Shown: positions 41,872-55,090 of the stretch, piece after piece
Layout of the letters: every line of letters begins with the position of its first letter
How positions within the stretch are numbered: the stretch's first letter is position 1
From: Chrysomallon squamiferum
Lineage: Eukaryota; Animalia; Mollusca
DNA: 64,000 nucleotides
Direction of reading: 5' to 3'
NCBI GenBank assembly: GCA_012295275.1
Contig: CM022674.1
Span: 8,308,001 to 8,372,000 of the forward strand
Notes under the pieces: model-generated
Database searches by the model: none
What the model saw: only the letters and a program-made list of their open reading frames with translations
Told to the model about the DNA's origin: nothing
Translations under genes and position numbers: made by a program

Positions 41872-42110
41872 AATGAGAACTCGACACATTTTAAACCTGC
41901 AGTTAGACGGCTTCATATATTAGGTTTAAGGACTTACAGATAATGGATGAAAAGAAATATTTTCTCGTAATATGACGGCTACCTTTTCTTGATAATCACA
42001 TACCACGCACGACCTTTGATAACGTAATCGTGGAACTGACTTCAAGAAGGATAAATGCGACAACCCATTACGAGACACTGCTGTCCTCTGACCTCTGAGC
42101 TACACCCTCC
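41872..42110 (-). mobile_element. Degenerate tRNA-derived SINE (MetaSINE-like)
   Basis: Minus-strand head gtagctcagagg resembles a tRNA A-box; central cacataccacg...cctttgata...tcgtgg; the tail is shared with 2386-2485 and weakly with 30402-30470. Confidence 0.55.
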
Positions 42111-42236
42111 ACTCTAACCAATTGAATATAGCACAAAATAATTACGTACAGAAATTTTATTAAGAGCATAACCTAAACTACTAAGTTTTATTTTTAAAAT
42201 CATAGAATAATAATAATAATAATAATTTTGTCTTAC

Positions 42237-42310
42237 CTTTGAGTCTTAAAAATTGAAAAATTTAACACCTCTAAAAATTCTCTTATTCGTCTGCAGTGTT
42301 AGTTTGCCGT
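42237..42310 (-). other. Candidate non-coding first exon of the TRIM-like gene
   Basis: Strong donor aaag|gtaaga at 42236; the acceptor just before the ATG requires an upstream exon. The 5' limit is approximate. Confidence 0.5.
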
Positions 42311-43425
42311 TACAATTGTGAATGCGAGGCCGGTTTCCCTGACATTCAGTGAGGGGAAGATACCAATTCGAATAAAAAAGGGGTGGGAAGCTTTGAAAAT
42401 TTCCAGAATATTTTGTTTTTTCTAGAAAAAATAAGCGTAAAGTTTTTAAATTCTTGTGGTAAAGTAAACAAGAGTAAAAGTAACAACTACATTAACATAG
42501 TTTGTACACTTCATTAATTTTTAAAATGCTGGTTACAGTTTATCACACATGTAGTAATAATAGACATAGCAACTGTATCTTGTTTAAACTTGAATAGTGA
42601 ACTGGCGGTATCAGGTCTTTTCGTATGATATATAAATAAACTGTACTAATGAAAAACATGATACAAAGGGAATTGTTTGATTTTAGTTAGGTATATAAAA
42701 CAGTAATAAAATGATAATATGCATTCCTTCTCCATATTATATAGCTTTATTTCGGTCTTTTTTAAATAAATAAATAAATCACATTAACGATTAAATTCAT
42801 GTCATTATAATATTATATATTTTATTATTTCACTAAACCAAGCTGGTATATATATATGTTTCTTTGAATGACACACACACACACACACACACACACATTG
42901 TTTCATAAATATATCATAAAGCTATGTAAGAGAGCGAACACAAAAGTTGGGTCAAAATGACATACTTAGATCTTAGACTTTTGTTCAGCGTATCTGAATA
43001 AAACCGTCACAGGTTTTTCATCTTGTCATAAAATGAAGCTCGCTTTACAGCTTTGTCGGACAAATGAGAAAGGTAATACTCTTCTACACAAAAAATAAAT
43101 CTTGTTTAAACTTGAATGATTATATACAAGCGATTATCATTTTTATAAGATATATAAATAAACAATAGCAATGAAAAACAGGATACAAAGATCTAATTAT
43201 TATAAATGAATTTAATACTCGACAGTATGTGCAAATATTAACATTTCTAAACGTAATTTATGAACTGATACTTATCTCGCTCTGTTTGTAAATGCTAACT
43301 TACAAATAATAAAATATATAGAGAGAGACCCTTTTAATCTACGTACGTGTGCGGATGTCTGTATGTGTGTTTGTTTATAACAAATCTCAGTAAAAGTTAT
43401 TATTTTCTCTCAGAGAGAGTATTAG

Positions 43426-43427
<2 letters not shown>

Positions 43428-43505
<78 letters not shown>

Positions 43506-43942
43506 TTTAAATCTGAATAATAATCTTTTTGGAATGGGATCTTTTTAGATATATCAGTAACTCTCGAGAGAAAATGGATAGGTTTTAAGACACTCATACA
43601 CACATACACACGCATACATACAGATATACACACACAACACACACGTATACACATAACACACACGTATACACACAACACACACGTATATACTCAACACACA
43701 CTATACACATAACACACACACAACACACACAGGACCCCCCACACAACACACATGTACACGCATACACACACAACATACACAGAACCCTCACATACACACA
43801 ACACACACAGAAACCCTCACATAAACACATACGCACAAAAAATACACGAACACACCCCAACACACATATACACACACACACACATACACGCACATACATA
43901 CACAACGGAAACAACACACACACACAGACAGACACACACAAA
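43428..43942. repeat. (AT)n at 43428-43504 and degenerate CA-rich tract at 43594-43942
   Basis: Direct inspection. Confidence 0.92.
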
Positions 43943-44491
43943 CAGTGGAAAAATCCTAATCTGAACAACGAACTGGAGGATACTAGATCTGGTCAAGATA
44001 AAAAAAAAAAACATAACACAACTGTCAGACATAAAAATAGGTTGGCGCTTAGAGACGTATGACCACTGACATGCCAGTATCGTGTTCAGTTTAAACATAC
44101 AAACATGTTCAGTTTAAAAGAAGTTTGCATTCTATTTGTTTACAGAGGCGAAACATACTTGACCCTGTTTGGTCACGTTTTGAATACGCGCAGTCATAAG
44201 TGTATAACAAAATTAATTCAGGTACAGACCTAAAGAGAATAAGATTATATTTTCTAAAATTTATAACAAGCGTTAATTATAAATAAATAAAGTAAAATAA
44301 CAAAAGTAAGTAACAGATTTATTGTTATCCGCAGTAGTATATGTTTAGTGATAATGGCAATAAAAGTATTAGTATTAGTAGTATTAGTGGTAGTAGAGTA
44401 GAGATAGTATTAATATTAATAGTTGTTGCTGCTGTACAATCTGTACACTTTAAAAAAATATATATTTAATTATTTATTTTATTTATTATTA

Positions 44492-44522
<31 letters not shown>

Positions 44523-44784
44523 TTTATTTTTTTTAATGTTTTCATTTCGCAAGATAAAAAAGAAACATACGTTAGCAGATGATGTTTATTCAGTTCAGGT
44601 CAAGCCATTGTTTGTGATTATTATTAAACATATAACCTGAATGTCATTATATTAAAAAAAAAAAAAAAAAAATAATGGTAAAATGACATATAGTACACAA
44701 AAGTAGCGCACGCTTCTAGGATTTAACTCAGGTACGGACCTAACACTGATAAGAAATATTTCAGGCTTCTGACAGAAAGATAAC

Positions 44785-44825
44785 AGTCACGTGATCGCGT
44801 GACTCAGCAGGACCGCGTGACTGAC
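44785..44825. promoter_or_regulatory. Composite E-box (GTCACGTGAT), ARE/AP-1 (GTGACTCAGCA) and CGCGTGAC cluster
   Basis: Near-palindrome agtcacgtgatcgcgtgact overlaps TGACTCAGCA; a further cgcgtgact at 44814. Confidence 0.35.
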
Positions 44826-45262
44826 ACAGATAAAATACTTCGTCATCAGAAATAAATCTTGTTTAATTTAACACTGAAAGGCTGGGTATCGAATGTTTTA
44901 CTGGATACAGAGGAAGGACTTGGTTTAATCGCCTCATTCAACATAATTTAAAAATCAAATTTTAAAAAAAAGATAATAAAAGAAAAACTAATTAAAATGT
45001 ACCTTGCAATTTAGTCATCCTCTGAAGACTAAATCAAATCACAGGTGTTTTATAGCATGTTAATTCAGCTAATAATAAAATGTAGGTTGCATAAACAAAC
45101 GATCCAAACAAAAGAAGAGCAGATTTTGTAAAGTGTTTAATATTAATAGTTTCTGTTTTCGTTGTGATTATTATTATTGTTGTTGTTGCTGTTGCTATTG
45201 TTGTTACTGTTGTTGTTGCTGATGTGCAGGATACTTATGTTAGTAAATATTTTAAGTTGTAT

Positions 45263-45293
<31 letters not shown>

Positions 45294-45394
45294 GCGGAGG
45301 CATTTTTTTCCGGTGACAACTTATGCCGTTACGAGTTATCGTTCCTGTTGGTCCATGCCGTTATTACTGTTGTAATTATTATTATTATTATTAT

Positions 45395-45439
<45 letters not shown>

Positions 45440-45800
45440 AAGTTCTACTATAATTATATATTTATTTATTTATTCATTTTTATAGAAGAGGAATGATATC
45501 AGTTCATAGCCCTATTCGTTTGTAAGAAACCATTTTGTAACCGAAAACTGAGGTTAAGTGTTTAGACAGTTTTTGTGAATAAATTCAGCAAGATGTAGTT
45601 CAAATTTTTGAGGGAAACAAGATGATGCATAATCATGTATCGATACAAGTACTGAAAGCAGTGGGTGGGTATATATTTATCTTGGTAACCAGTCTGGTTA
45701 CTGGGACGTGATAACAAACAAATATTTAACAACTTTTCTATCCTGATTAACCAGCAACTTACTAGCTGTTACTGATTTAGTGTTATCGAAAATTTTAATT

Positions 45801-45840
<40 letters not shown>

Positions 45841-45933
45841 TTTGAAGAACAGTTTCATTTTAATGGCCTGTGGATTTAAATTTCAATTAATAATTTTCAT
45901 GTTTTATTTTCTATAAGAATAATATGGGACTGT

Positions 45934-45992
<59 letters not shown>

Positions 45993-46410
45993 TGATTGAA
46001 TAAATAACCATTAAAGAATTTTTATTTGAATTTCATTGCACCTTATATCTTAATAATTTTTATTTTTCAAATATCCATCCTCAGTAATTAATGTGATCAG
46101 ATTATATCACATATCACTATCACTTTCTGCATTACTGTCAGTACATGAACTATTGTGTTTTAACAAAATAATGTCTCGTCATCTTAAGTATATATTTCTG
46201 CGCTGTCGACAGGCAATAATTTTAATTTTTTAATTTCACTCATAACGTTAAATATTTATTTTCGAAAATTAATATTAAACGGGTGATTTTAAATTTTTTT
46301 AGTATTATTATTTTTATTCTACGGTGGAAATGTTTTAACAACAACAACAATAGTAACAACAGCAACAGCAACAATAACATTAATAACAACGAGAAGTTGA
46401 TAGCAGTAGA

Positions 46411-46476
<66 letters not shown>

Positions 46477-47359
46477 CTTATCTTATTTATTTATTTATAA
46501 ATTTTTATTTTTATTATTATTATTATCATTTTGAATAAAATTTTAAAATAAATGCAACTACATTTTCTGCACATGAGAGAAAATATAACTGCTGTTCACA
46601 GTTACTTAATGAGTTAAAACTGAAGATACACGTCACAAATATGTAGGGTTAAAGGTCAAGTTGTCATCACTCGTCGATCAGTGACAGCAGACGACTGTAT
46701 AGGCAGCCATTAATTATTTTGTTGGCAAAAGCTTTCGAATTTAATTTGTTCAGTTAAGTACCTTCTTTTTCTTTTCGTTTTATTATTAGTTATCGCTTTC
46801 TTCTACTTTTCTTTTCTTTTCTTTTTTTTTTCAAATTATTCATTTCAGCATAATTTCTGTACTTCTATTTCTTATTAAATATTTTCATAATTCAATAATT
46901 GTTGTTTCCTATATCAAAAATCTTTACTATTTTTGAAAGGTGTTTTCCTCAGAGATTTAAGTTGTTATCCTTCCATTTTCTGTTTCCTTATTTAACATAA
47001 AGATAAATAATAATAAAAATAAATAAATAAATAAATAAAAATTTTATATATTAAGACCAAATCATTTTATGCAAAATTTCCATATCAATACTTTTATTTA
47101 ATATTTTAATTACACCTTATCACATTAGTTGTTTATTTATTGAAATTATTTTTATTATTGAAATTATTTTTATTATAAAAATATATCTAGATGTGTTAGG
47201 CAAAAAATAAAAAAAGATATGGAACGAGATATAATTCTACTGAAGCAGAAAAATAAATACTATTTATTTATTTTAAACAGTTAAACATTTTACTATATTA
47301 ATTTAAATATTAATATTGATATTAAATGAATAAGTGATTAATTATTTTTATTTTTACAG

Positions 47360-50300
47360 CCTTTTCCACTGCACAGAAAGAAGTGTCAGTAGGACTTGTT
47401 CATTGAACACAATCTTGACAGAGATTTGTGTGTGTCAGGTTAGTGTCTGGCAGTCATTTGTCCTCACTGTACTTTACAGATCTACAGGATCATGAAACCG
47501 TGTAAGAAATGTTTGATTAAATTTGCAGTTTAAGAATTTGTTTTTAATGTATGAAATATTTTAGTATTTTACTTAGTCTTAGTAATTATTTCAAGAAGTT
47601 ATGACAACTTTATATAAGGAACAATGAGATTTTAGTGTTATAGTTTTGGATTTGATTATCAGTTAACATTAGTTTTGAATGTAATAAGCACTAGTCTAGA
47701 GAATCACTTAAGAGTAGTTTTAAAAGTAATTGTCTAGAGAATAACTTAGCAGTTTTGAATTTAATTAGCACTAGTCAGATAATCATTTAATTGTACTTTA
47801 ATTCTGTGATAAATACCTATTTATTCATTACTTATTACTAAGAGAGGTTGAAAGTATACATTTATATAATATTTTCAAATATCAGCTTCGTGTCTTAGTT
47901 AATCTGGCTTCTGGACAGGATAAATATCTATTCAAAGATTCAAAGGTAAATCAAAATTAAATTATTGTAGTATGTTATAAACATATGTAGCTAAAAATTA
48001 ATATAACCTCAGTTCAGTGGTAGTGATGAAAGTAAGAAGAACTGATAAACCATTCAGTATATACTTAATTTTGGCCTGAAAATTCCTCTCTTTTTTTATA
48101 AGTTTCCTCGAATTGTATACCATTAAGAACAATTAATCAGTTAAAATGTTATATTTTTATAGTTTTTTATTGGAAGTGAATTAATTATATGTCTTTACTT
48201 GGTTGGTTTTTTTTTACCTACAGTTTTTAACAGAGCACATGCAATCTGTTAAATGAATTCAAATTAAAGTATAATCAACTGCATTAAAATATAGTACAAG
48301 ATGTCATTAATCAACTTCCATTACTTTGATTCTTTATTTGATTTCCAGCTCAGTCAGTGAATGCTCAGCCAAATATGTTTGTGAACATCTTTTAACCACT
48401 GATAGAAACTTACACAAGATTAATCTGCAGTTAGAAATGCATTCCCATTCCAACTGTGACTCAAAAAAGTAACCATTTTACTAAGCAACATGAAACTTGT
48501 CCATATCTATGACAGCTTTCAGTGTTCAGGAGTTTCTACTCACTGATACAGAGAATCTGTTTGAAGCTGAGAAATAGGGTGAACAAATCTGTTCTTATAT
48601 TTTCAGTCTTTAATTTTGTCATACCAGTTTAGGTAGACTAAAATATTCTGAGTGTTTCCAATTTGTTGACCATAGTATATTAAAGAGATCAAGTGTAATT
48701 AATAACATTTCTTCTGGCAGGTGTTTATTATTGTCTAGCTTATTTTTGTAGTTCTTGAGGCAGTTACTTTTTTAATTTGTTTTAATTCATTTATATATTG
48801 AAGAGAAAATCATATTTCTGACCACAGTGTTTTTAACTTCGATCAGTATGTCTTTGACTAATGTTTTTTATTTTTTTATTTGTAAAACCTTCTCAGTGTT
48901 ACTGTTTTGCAGTAAGAATTTATGTTTCATACTTCATTTTTCACTATTTTGTATTTTTTATGTTTGGAATAATTTTTATCTTTTTCATATTGCTTTCTGT
49001 ATTTATTTATTTCTCTGCATATATATTTATTTATTTCTTTCTGATATGCTCAGTCCACCACTGAGGGGGTATTTTGTTCTTTGGTTTTAGATTTGTATTT
49101 AATGGCAACTGAGTCTATCATGTTGGTAACTGAAGTGAAATATGTAAAAATTGTTATGGTTTTTTTATTTTAATATTTTTCCATGCTTTGTAAAATCTTC
49201 TAATTCAGTTCCTTGATTGTTATTTATTGTGCCCTTCCAATTCCATCATATGAAATTCAAACTATGAGTAGTTTATTGTTAATTTTTAAAAGTTTTTTAA
49301 GTTTGGTTAGAGTAGGTGGAACATGGATATAAACTATGTCAGTAGTTTGCTTACTGTTATGCATAGTATTTAATATTTTGACATTAGCACATACTTTGCA
49401 GTGGGTATTCTTAGTATGGGTATGTCTTGTTTATTGTATTAGATATGTGTATTGACAGTAGTATGCGGTGTTTTGTGTTAGTGTTATTTTTTCTTGGTGG
49501 TAATGTCTTAGTCCATCTTATCTGTTATTCTGTTTGTTTTTCTCTTAAGTTCGTGACTTTTTTGTTTGTGTCTGCTATTGTTGAAATTGTCTGCATTTGC
49601 CAACAGCCAATCACTGTGTGACAAGTTTTTGTGTTGGCTGCAGACCTGAGCTATTGTTTGATGTCTTTCATCAGGTGAACCATTGTCTTGTCAGAATCTT
49701 GATGAAAAAATGAAGATGCGCTCAACTTGCTTTTCAGCAGACTGAGACTATCAACATAATGTATTGTTTATTTAAAAAATAATTCTGTTATTCAAATGGA
49801 ACTATATTGCACTTTTGAATCAACATTTATCCAGTATTATTTATGTGTCAGCCAACTGAGACAAGTTTCATGCAGGAAGAAATGTCAGAGATTATTTTGT
49901 TCCAGCACTTACAATACTGCAGATCTGTTGCTGTTGCCTTGCTCAATGCCACCCTGTGAGAAGAGATAGTGCAGAGAGGGCTGAACTAATGATCCATATT
50001 AGACAGGTAAGTTAGCTGTGTATGAATATGTATAACTGGGTTTTTAGATTCTTGTAATTAAATTTTTAATATTGATAAAAATTCGAATTTTCAATATTGT
50101 TTAGTTTGATAATTTTTGAATAAAATTATTGTCAGTTTGCAAGTCTGAGTTACATACATTTTTCAAGACATCTTGGATTATTACACAACACTGGAAGTCA
50201 TGAGATGCTGTAACTGCACATGTTGGTGACTGTTGAGTTGTAAGAATGAGCCACAAGTCAGTGGAAAACTGATAATAGTTAAAGTCATATAATGATAAGA

Positions 50301-51930
50301 ATGACATATTAACCCACTTTACTCTGAATAGTTAAGGCCATATAAATCTGGCAAACAGAAAGCAATCTCATGTGAATGTGTTTTGGGGTGAAAATGTGTT
50401 GTTATATTATTAGCAGAGTCTGAAGTACCAACAACAATTTGCTGAACAAAATTTGTAACAAATGCTTTGTTTTTTGACATATTTGGAAGGACTGGATCAT
50501 CTGACTATTAATGACAATGTTTTAATAGTAGAAATTCTGTGGACACTGAAATACATAATCTATTTAATCCTGACAGTAAAACAGTTAACATGGGATGAGA
50601 GAAAAGAAGTACATCTGGGTGAGTGTTTGGTTTGGTTGAACATTTCAAAAGGAAACTACAAGAAACTGTTACCAGGCTATTTGTTGTATCTTTGATGAGA
50701 GTTTAAATAAAAATATACAAGAGAAGTAAACAGATGTTCACCTCAGATTCCAGAAAATGACTACTCACAAGAGAGATACCAGATTCTTCACTTCAAATTT
50801 TTTTAGTGAGTACAGTTGTTGTAAAATATTTATAATTATAAATCTATTTAGTTTTCTCCTTTCATATGCTTTTTGTACATATACTGTTAGTAGCAGTATT
50901 TTATTAAATAATCTTAGGATTACTAATGACTTGAATAGGATTGGTATTATCAATATTAGAGATATTTGTCAGATTAATGTGAAACAAATACTCACAGAAA
51001 ATAATTGTTATAATAGTCTATGGAGTGGTATTGTCAGATTTTATTTTTACCATGTTAGTAGATCTTAAGTTTATCACATAGCCAGTAATAACTGTAATGT
51101 AAATAAAATTAAAAAAATTATTTTGGAAACATTATGTTGAAATTTCAGTAAATTATATTTTTTATATTGTCTAGGTCTGCAACATGATGACCATTTCAGT
51201 GACAGAGTACTGGACAGATGTCTTGAATTGAGCAACATGATACAAATATGTAAGGACTGGCCAAATGTTAATTTGAAATGTTTAGTTGAAAAATGTCCCA
51301 GTGTGATGTTACAATTGTATTACATTTTTTTTATATATCTTTTATTTTTTGGGGGAGAAGAGTGGGGGGTTTTAATAGGTTCCTTTTTTAATAATATTAT
51401 TTTACTTTTTTTCACATATTTTTCATAGTTTATTTTTCTTTTAATTTAATTATTCTATTCTATTGTATTGTATTGTTGTTGTTTTTGGCTCAATTTGTCA
51501 CAAATTTAAATTTATATGCTACAGTTTTAATGGCTTCTGCTGTCACATGTATGAATGTTGTTTTTTCTGCTTTTTTTTCTCTTTTTGGTTTTCGTTTGGA
51601 TTTTTTTTTCTTGTTTTCTTTTTCTTCTTCTTTTTATTATTATTCTCAAAATTTTTTATTATTTATTTCTTGTTTTTTCCTGACATGTTTTATTGATACT
51701 TTGTTGCTTTTCAAAATTAGTGTATAGGATGAAACTTTCTTCTCAGATCTTCTGGGGGTATTTCCCTATCTCATGATAGTATGATGTGTAATATTAATTT
51801 TTATGGAAAATCCACATGCTGCCAATGAAAATCTGTGAGAACTAATAACTAGTAATTATGGATTGACGGAAATGTATAGGCATTTAGATATACTGGGCTG
51901 ATTTTATTTAGATCTGGTTTGATTGGGATA
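47360..51930 (+). pseudogene. Decayed multi-exon TRIM-NHL pseudogene (B-box, coiled coil, NHL repeats)
   Basis: Exon 47360-47501 (tacag| ... |gtaaga) reads, through frameshifts, C-IE-H-NLDRDL-x-C-Q-x-C-LAVI-C-PH-C-x-FTDLQD-H, i.e. B-box spacing. It splices in frame to 48349 (HETV|SVSECSAK). NHL-like relics: HLTINDNVLIV..FNPD (~50490), LRSSGGISLSHD (~51736), RELITSNYGLT (~51838). Further splice sites at 50006, 50618, 51175, 51249 and 51728. Many stops. Confidence 0.7.
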
Positions 51931-52339
51931 TCAGCCAACATCATCCTCTTCATCATGTGCTAGACACCAGTATCAGTATATAACATCAAGTTTAAACACA
52001 ATCTTGTACATAACAATTCAGAAATAATTTAAAAACTTGTTAATGAACACACAGTGTTTTTTTAATAATCAGATAATGAATAGAACAGAAATACCCATAT
52101 TTGGTTTCAACTATATAATTCAAATTAGGTCTGAGATACCATTATTACAAAATAATTTTTAATTTTTTGTATTTAAAATCTTTAAATGTAACAGTACCAT
52201 TTGAATGTCACTTATCAGCTGTAGCTTTCTTTTACATCTAACTCTTACAGCATACTGTTTGTAATAATATGACATACTAATATGTCAGTGTCCATTCTTA
52301 TGTGTACCAGTAGTACCGTGTGTTGTCCTCCTACATCAA

Positions 52340-52655
52340 CTGTCACAAAAACAAATATGCTCATTAAATTTACATAATAAAAACAAAAACACTCATGAAA
52401 TCTACACTATATATAAACAAATATACTCGTTAAATCTATACTATCTGTAAACAAATACACTCCTTAAAACTTCACTGTCTGTAAAGAAATATAGTCATTA
52501 AATGTACACTATCTGTAAACTAATGTAGTCATTAAATCTACTCTATCAGTAAACAAATACACTCATTAAATCTGCACTATGTAACCAAATGCATTCCTTA
52601 GAGCTATACTGTCTGTAAATAAATAAGCTCATTAAATCTACACTGTAAACAAAAC
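52340..52655. repeat. Degenerate ~34-bp tandem repeat
   Basis: Consensus aaacaaatacactcattaaatctacactatctgt, about 9 copies. Confidence 0.85.
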
Positions 52656-52697
52656 ATTTTCCCTGTACAATATGTTTCTCACAAGACCAAAACTTAT

Positions 52698-53467
52698 CTT
52701 CAGAATCAATGTCATATGAGACCCAGCCCCCAGCTCCAGTCTGGACACACTTTTCTTCATCTAGGCCTTTGATTATGATGGGTACATCAGTCTCCTTTGC
52801 TTTCTTCCTAATCCCAGTCATTCAGTCTGCTTGGCCAAAGCAAAACACTTTACCTTGAAACAAAAATACAAAATGTTAACAAGCTAGATTCTAAACAATA
52901 CAAGTTACATACACTGAAGTAATGATTCTTCAAATGTGCCCAGTCTTGTGTGAAAGAGATAAAGCTCCTACTGAAGAGTGTGGAATCTCCTCTATTGTTG
53001 ATTTAAACTGATACTATGTGATGCAGAGATCTGAGCACAAACTGTAACATCTGGAATTTATAATTTTAAAATACATTGTATCTGGATCTCATATAATTTC
53101 TTATTTATAATTTGCCTCTACACAAATACAATTATATTTGGAAAAATATATCAGAGTAGTTTAGCTTGACATGAATTAATGTAGGATATAGGTATGAGGG
53201 AATTTTTTTTTTTTTTTCACCAGAATAATAAATACCAAATCGAGATATAATCAAAATATTCATCTATATTTCCATTTTACTTTCCAGTTTATGTAATATA
53301 CTATGAGATTACTTTTATCATAAAGAAACAATAATTTTAAATCTCCTAATATTTATGATATTTATGTTTATCTGATCTGCATAAACTGAAAATATCTTAG
53401 TATTAAACAAATGAAAACTGAGAGCAAAGTTTAAAAGATATTAATATTACTATTAGTAGGTATTCAA

Positions 53468-53503
<36 letters not shown>

Positions 53504-54455
53504 CAGAAAGTGAGCATCATGTTCAAATAATTTTTTTTCTATTCAATGATACCAATAATATTTTTATATTTTTTTTAATTCAAATAAAAACCTGCCAATT
53601 TTGCCATTTGGGTTTTCTTTTATGTTGGAGTGTACATCTTTTATTTCTTTTTTTATAAAAAAAACAGACAAAAAAAAACACCTCTGTTTATATATAACTG
53701 CCCCACACTTTAAAGGCTATTTTACAAATTAATTTTCAAACTCTGTGGTAATAAGTTTAATAAGGGAATGACTACTTTGTTACAAAAAGTGTTGGCTGAT
53801 GTCTGGATAGAACACAAAATAATTTCGTAAACAGATATTTCCTTCACAGACTATAAACACCTGGTTCTGTAACAAAATATTTAATAAACTGCTGATCGTC
53901 AAAATTTTCAAAATATAAAAATCTATTGTGTTAAATCCATTTGAATTAACCAGGATTGGATCTAATGTGCTTGCCGCCCATAGACTAAAGAAATTTTACC
54001 GGCCGCTCCTCAAGGCTCAAGTCCCCCTCACCCTTCCCACTTAGTTTATATAATACGAATATAACTTATGATCGAGTTGAAAACAAAAACATGGTTTTAC
54101 ATTTATTTATAAATCAAATGTGAATATACTAATTAATGTAACAATCTGCCGCCGTAGGCACTAGCCTAGAAAGCCTATATGGGAAATCCGGCCATGGAAT
54201 TAACACAATCTGACGATGAACAATCCTAATACAAAACGTTCTAAACCTACATTATAAAACACTGTATATACAATACAAAGTTGTGTCAGTAAAAATAATG
54301 TGAAAAAAATATATATATAAACGTCTGTTATTTAAAAATACCTTTGTTACTAATTAACATTGTGTGATGCTACCATCCAAAAATCTGCATTCAGCAGCTT
54401 TAATCCAAGTTTAAAAGTTCTCTCCGGTGAAATTGGTTCTCACTGTCTTGAAAAC
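52698..54455 (-). pseudogene. RCC1: RCC1 pseudogene fragment (two exons: 54342-54455 and 52698-52853)
   Basis: Spliced reading GFQDSENQF...*MQIFGW*HHTMLISNK|GKVFCFGQAD..LGLG..AKETDVPIIIKGLDEEKCVQTGAGGWVSYDIDSE parallels remembered RCC1 (WVGFSGGQHHT...[29 protein letters not shown]...GASVGYAV). Phase-1 splice sites; the second donor is mutated (gaag|ataagt); several stops. Confidence 0.8.
53951..54196. mobile_element. hAT-type MITE (cagggccggat-like TIR, possibly Tip100 group)
   Basis: Perfect 8-bp TSD gaattaac at 53943-50 and 54197-204; ends caggattggat versus catggccggat (reverse complement). Lies in the RCC1 relic intron. Confidence 0.85.
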
Positions 54456-54652
54456 CTGCCACACAAACATTTATAAACTATTCTCTTTTTTCTTTTTTTT
54501 TTTTTATTTTATTTTATTTTATTTTTTTTTTTTTTTTTTTTTTTTTTTCATTATTAAAACACAAGCATTTACAAAGTATTGATCATTTTTTAATCATTAA
54601 AATTTAATTATTTTGTTATGTCCAGCAAACATTAATTATTCATAACTAATAT

Positions 54653-55090
54653 CTTGGTTGCGGCATTGAGTTATCATTTAACCTTCTGCACAGGTTTTCA
54701 TAAGTATTTTCCGCGGGAAGCGAAGGGGCAGTCAAATCACGCGTTATGTCATATTCTTCCGCCGATTAAACTCCGTAAAGCTGGAATTTTTCTTGTGATC
54801 TTTTACACTATTCGTATCAAATTTTTCATCAAGTCTTTTTTTTGTATGCATCCCAAAGCTGTATATTTTCATCAACTACATCAATAATTCCGATTTTACC
54901 CGAAATACTTGACTCGACAAACGTGCTACGATTTTCAATTCACTCATACAGGTGGCGCGCGCGAACGAATCACAGCTAACAGTTTGTTAAACTGAAAGGT
55001 ATTTATGGGGATTTTTTAATCTTTTGTTTAATTCAGCAGTTCTCATTACCATTGGATCCAAATCGGGGACGTACTCGTGTCCAAATGTTT
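54653..55090 (-). mobile_element. Ty3/Gypsy (Mag-like) gag N-terminal relic with possible PBS
   Basis: Frameshifted reading GIIDVVDENIQLWDAY..RLDEKFDTNSVKDHKK..LRSLIG..YDITRDLTAPSLPAENTYENLCRRL...PQP matches the Mag-type gag pattern; upstream aaca-tt-tggacacgag (55074-89) resembles a decayed TGGCGACGAG PBS. Confidence 0.75.

Noticed and set aside
48020-48082. C/D box snoRNA (GTGATGA...CTGA)
   Set aside because: No terminal stem and no recognisable rRNA or snRNA antisense element.
52546-52821. Stand-alone 91-aa gene; WVSYD resembles GH18 chitinase or WWE motifs
   Set aside because: The upstream exon and the flanking motifs (HHT, GKV, LGLG, P..I..L) fit RCC1 far better; the tail is intron read-through.
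52822-52853. In-frame TGA before MTGIRK as selenocysteine or readthrough
   Set aside because: It is one of several stops and frameshifts in the RCC1 relic; no SECIS evidence.
54700-54965. E2F-site CpG-island promoter (ttttccgcgggaa, ggcgcgcg)
   Set aside because: The CpG-rich stretch translates as Gypsy gag (APSLPAE), so the motifs are likely incidental.
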